A stretch of 63,527 bases of DNA, filler included, from Klebsormidium nitens (Eukaryota; Plantae; Klebsormidiophyceae), in NCBI GenBank assembly GCA_000708835.1. It is 4 parts of 4 records of this genome, joined end to end, with 100 filler letters (N's around TTAATTAATTAA, not from the genome) between each part and the next. Parts side by side here need not be neighbours in the genome. Positions count along the whole stretch, not along the records: positions 60,408 to 63,527 come from DF238606.1; 3 more parts are not named here. One strand, written 5' to 3'. The position numbers and the translations under genes were made by a program. This document shows, one piece after another, positions 60,653 to 63,527 of the stretch. A model generated the notes under the pieces. The model saw only the letters and a program-made list of their open reading frames with translations. It was not told where the DNA came from and ran no database searches. The first letter of the stretch is position 1. The number at the start of each line of letters is the position of its first letter.

Positions 60653-63527
60653 CAGTCCCGCCCCCATCCACGGTCGCTTGGGCACCCGCTCGCAAGCCCG
60701 GCAAGCCCGCGCTGTGCACGGGGCGCTCTCCGTCACCAAGTCGACCAGAGCCTATACGTTCTTTGGGAGGCCCGCCCGCATTGCCAGGAACTCGTCTGGA
60801 GTGAGGGGTGCATTGCTACAGCCCTTCGGTGCCTTTCTAAAGTTGCACCACCGCATGGCGGCCGCACGCACCGCCGGCGTGATGTCCGATAGGCCGTTGC
60901 GGTACTTCCACTCGCAGTCGATGAGCTCCCTTGGAGCATCAGATGGCCACAGCCCTCCAACGCTCAGCGGTGTAAAGCCACCCCCCACGGTGGGGGCCCC
61001 CGGCCCTGGCTCTGTTATGCTGTGGAGCCCACTCTCCTTGGCGTCTCGCATGGCGCTCGCGTTGGGGAAGAAGGTTCCATCGAACGTGATCACCTTGTCC
61101 GGGCCAAAAGCATAGGTCTCCAGCTGGTCCGCATCCCCCTCCGTCCGCTCCCGTGCGAGAGGCGTGCCTCCTTCTCGAGCAGCCGCCTCGGCTGCTAGCA
61201 CCTCCGAAGTGTACAAGTGCGAACAATCCGGCCGCTTGCACGCATGCTGAATGGGCCTGGCCGCCAGGTCGTTGAAGGCCCTCATGGCGGAGTCAAAGAC
61301 CCTATCATCCAGGCGGGGCGCTCCGGGCCCGTCCAAGCTGGCCGCAGCCATATCGTTTGCGTCGAAGCCCAGGGTGTGCGAGGCGCCCAGGGCGGCCGCA
61401 AAGTGATTTCGCAACAGCAGGCCGTGGGAGATCAGGTTGGTGCCAGAGAAGTTGAAGATCCCATCCTCCTGAATGAGCGGCGCGTACGAGCGTCAGCAAA
61501 GTTTCCGCATTAGAATGCACACGAGATGAGCAAAGCCCATGAGGAAGAACGTGAGCAAAATGACCACTTCGCCCAGGTGCTAGCCATTGTCAGCTCAAAG
61601 AGACTGCTCAACATTCAAGACACCGCCTCCGCTATCGCAACATGCACCGACGCGAGAGACCGTGTGCAGCCTCTGCTGGTAGACTCGCCAATCTCGTTGA
61701 CCCCCGGACCATTGCAGATGCTATGCGACGCCCCATCCCAGCTGTGCTCCGTCTGTTCCAGGAAAGAAACGCGACTGCGTTGCCCGCTACAGCCACACGC
61801 GGGCAGAGCGGTATGCGAACGCTGCTGGGAACATGATCATTGGAAAGAACTCGAATTTCTCTCGTGGAGAGAGGCACGCGATATTTATAAAGTGACCAAT
61901 GAAGGTTTGAAGACGCTGCAATGGGCCCAGTCGCCTCATCGCTGGAATCAACGCTACTTCAGAGAGCTTGACGTCAGGTCGCTGGCAATCCAAGAGGCGG
62001 GCGGCGTGGCAGCATTTCAAGTCAGACGAGACAAGGTTCGATCGAATGCCCGCGCGCGAAGGCTCGCAAATCTGGTGCGGCGCTACGATGACCTGTCAGC
62101 CCTCGGAATGGATATCGAAAGACAAGTCTACCTCGCGGGCCTGCTCATCAGGGACTGCATCAATCTACAGGTCCCGAATGGGAGCCGTCTGCTTGACGAA
62201 GTGATACATGCTGCAGCGAGCACTCAGAATCAATCGGACGACGGAAATCTTTCCAGTCATCTGGACTGGATAGCCCCCCTCCATTCCCTAAAGCGCTACA
62301 CAGACTTCAAAAAGGGCACCACGCAGCCTTGAAGTTTTCCCCTTATTTGTGCCCGCAGCTGATGGCGAGCCGTCGGATGTCCTCGCCTTCCAGTTCACCC
62401 CTCTTTTTTGCCGACACAATCATGGCCTTGAGCTCAGCCTTAAGCACTCGAGTAGCTTTTGCCTTTGTCTTCATGTTGGCCTTGCGCTCCTCCATCGCTG
62501 CGTTGGCCCTGCCTATGTAGGGCCTTTCCTCCGCCAGGATGGCAAATTGCGCCTCGACATGGCGACGGTCTGTCCTTATAGGCGGGCGCCGCGCGCCCCT
62601 CTTTGCAAATGCTATTGCTGCAGCGTCCTTTTCAGCTCTGGTCACTCTCGCAGCAGCAATGGCGCAGTTGACATGCATGTTTTTGCGCGCTTGCCCGCCA
62701 CCGGACCTAGCCTCTTCAATGGACTCCGTCATCAATGTACGTTCATCGACGGAAATCATAAACTGGCCTGAACGCGCCCTCACCTGCCCATCGTATGCCA
62801 GGCTGCAGCATGCAGCCACTCTACCCGGCTGCATCGCACACACCCTCCGATGTACGGTCACCGGATAGCGAGCCCCCGCCATGGTCAGCATACCCTTGCG
62901 ACTCTCCATCACCCACCGCCTCCCGCATGGCGCTGCATCCTGCAACGGCCTCGGCCCGCAGAAATGCTTGGCAGCATCGCGCTGTGCCACGCCGCTGTCC
63001 CCCCACCGTTCGCAGGAGTCGACCACCGCCCGTCCCCCGCGGCTCATGACTGTGTCAATTGCCTTGTGCGAGTGGCCCATGTCCAACGCTGCTGCCGGCG
63101 GACAGAGCCACTCCTCGCGAACGTGCGCGCAAGGGCCCGCAAAATCCAAAGAGCGGCAGGTCGGATCGTTGCACACCGTCAGCCGCTCTCCTGACTCCCG
63201 GAGCGCCTCCAACACTTCGAGTTTATCTCTGCGCTGGGAGGCTCCTCGAGCCGGCGGGGGCACAGCACCTCGCCTCACAGAGACACTCCCAGCTTCGACT
63301 ACCAGCTGCAGATGCGAGCAGAGGCTCTGCTCATGGCTAGCCACCTTGCACCGGTCGCAGTGAGGCCGCCCGCCCATTCCCAAGCTGCACACCGCGTCGC
63401 CGTCTGGCTCTGTCCCAACGACTGCAAAGACTCTGAGCCGAGCCCCCCGCCATGCCTGGGCATTGAGCCCCTTCAACCTCGGCCCGAGCATGCCATTCCG
63501 ATCGATCGGAATGATGCCCGCGCCATC
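60653..63527 (-). mobile_element. KDZ (Kyakuja-Dileera-Zisupton)-type transposase with CxC cysteine cluster; in-frame stop; extends beyond window
   Basis: SWIM-like CxxC...CxH motifs, then APCGRRW...VTVHRRVC...CCSLAYDGQ, an intron (61469-62783), then EDGIFNFSGTNLISHGLLL and VITFDGT. A TAG at 60752-60754 is followed by in-frame ALVDLV up to a donor at 60652. Confidence 0.72.
61526..62332 (+). CDS. F-box-like / XPA C-terminal-like Zn-binding protein, 268 aa, nested antisense in the transposase intron
   Basis: CSVC...CERC zinc pair then LSWREARDIYKV...LKTL...PH...YFRELDVRSLAIQEAGG, like the XPA C-terminal domain. N-terminal LLNIQDTASAIATC is weakly F-box-like. Confidence 0.6.
   Translation: MSKAHEEEREQNDHFAQVLAIVSSKRLLNIQDTASAIATCTDARDRVQPLLVDSPISLTPGPLQMLCDAPSQLCSVCSRKETRLRCPLQPHAGRAVCERCWEHDHWKELEFLSWREARDIYKVTNEGLKTLQWAQSPHRWNQRYFRELDVRSLAIQEAGGVAAFQVRRDKVRSNARARRLANLVRRYDDLSALGMDIERQVYLAGLLIRDCINLQVPNGSRLLDEVIHAAASTQNQSDDGNLSSHLDWIAPLHSLKRYTDFKKGTTQP

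Noticed and set aside
60408-63527. TET/JBP cargo expected with KDZ elements
   Set aside because: No HxD...H dioxygenase pattern found in the visible frames.
1-63527. rRNA, tRNA or hammerhead ribozyme genes
   Set aside because: None recognised by eye; the CTGATGA/CTGACGA hits I checked lacked a matching GAAA and stems. A covariance-model scan would be needed to exclude them.

Overview
Intron-rich eukaryotic scaffold from a plant or green-algal lineage. The gene content and intron style suggest a streptophyte alga such as Klebsormidium, but that is inference only. There are N gaps and three artificial N-TTAATTAATTAA-N contig linkers (about 25.1, 54.3 and 60.3 kb), so adjacency across those points is not guaranteed. 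Contents from left to right: (1) an interrupted DIRS/Crypton-type tyrosine recombinase; (2) a 10-exon glutamate-receptor-like channel lacking the amino-terminal domain; (3) a convergent PEC/POLLUX-like ion channel gene; (4) an AT-hook + Myb/SANT gene; (5) a decayed EXO5-like gene with five copies of its catalytic-motif segment; (6) a secreted-type gene with a Pro-rich stalk and 15 one-exon-per-repeat Cys-rich units; (7) an intronless, giant-virus-like island with tandem thermonuclease genes, a split multi-HNH endonuclease, nested insertions and an expansin-like ORF; (8) a KDZ-type transposase whose intron hosts an antisense F-box/XPA-C-like gene. All family assignments come from motif recognition by eye; no database search was run.
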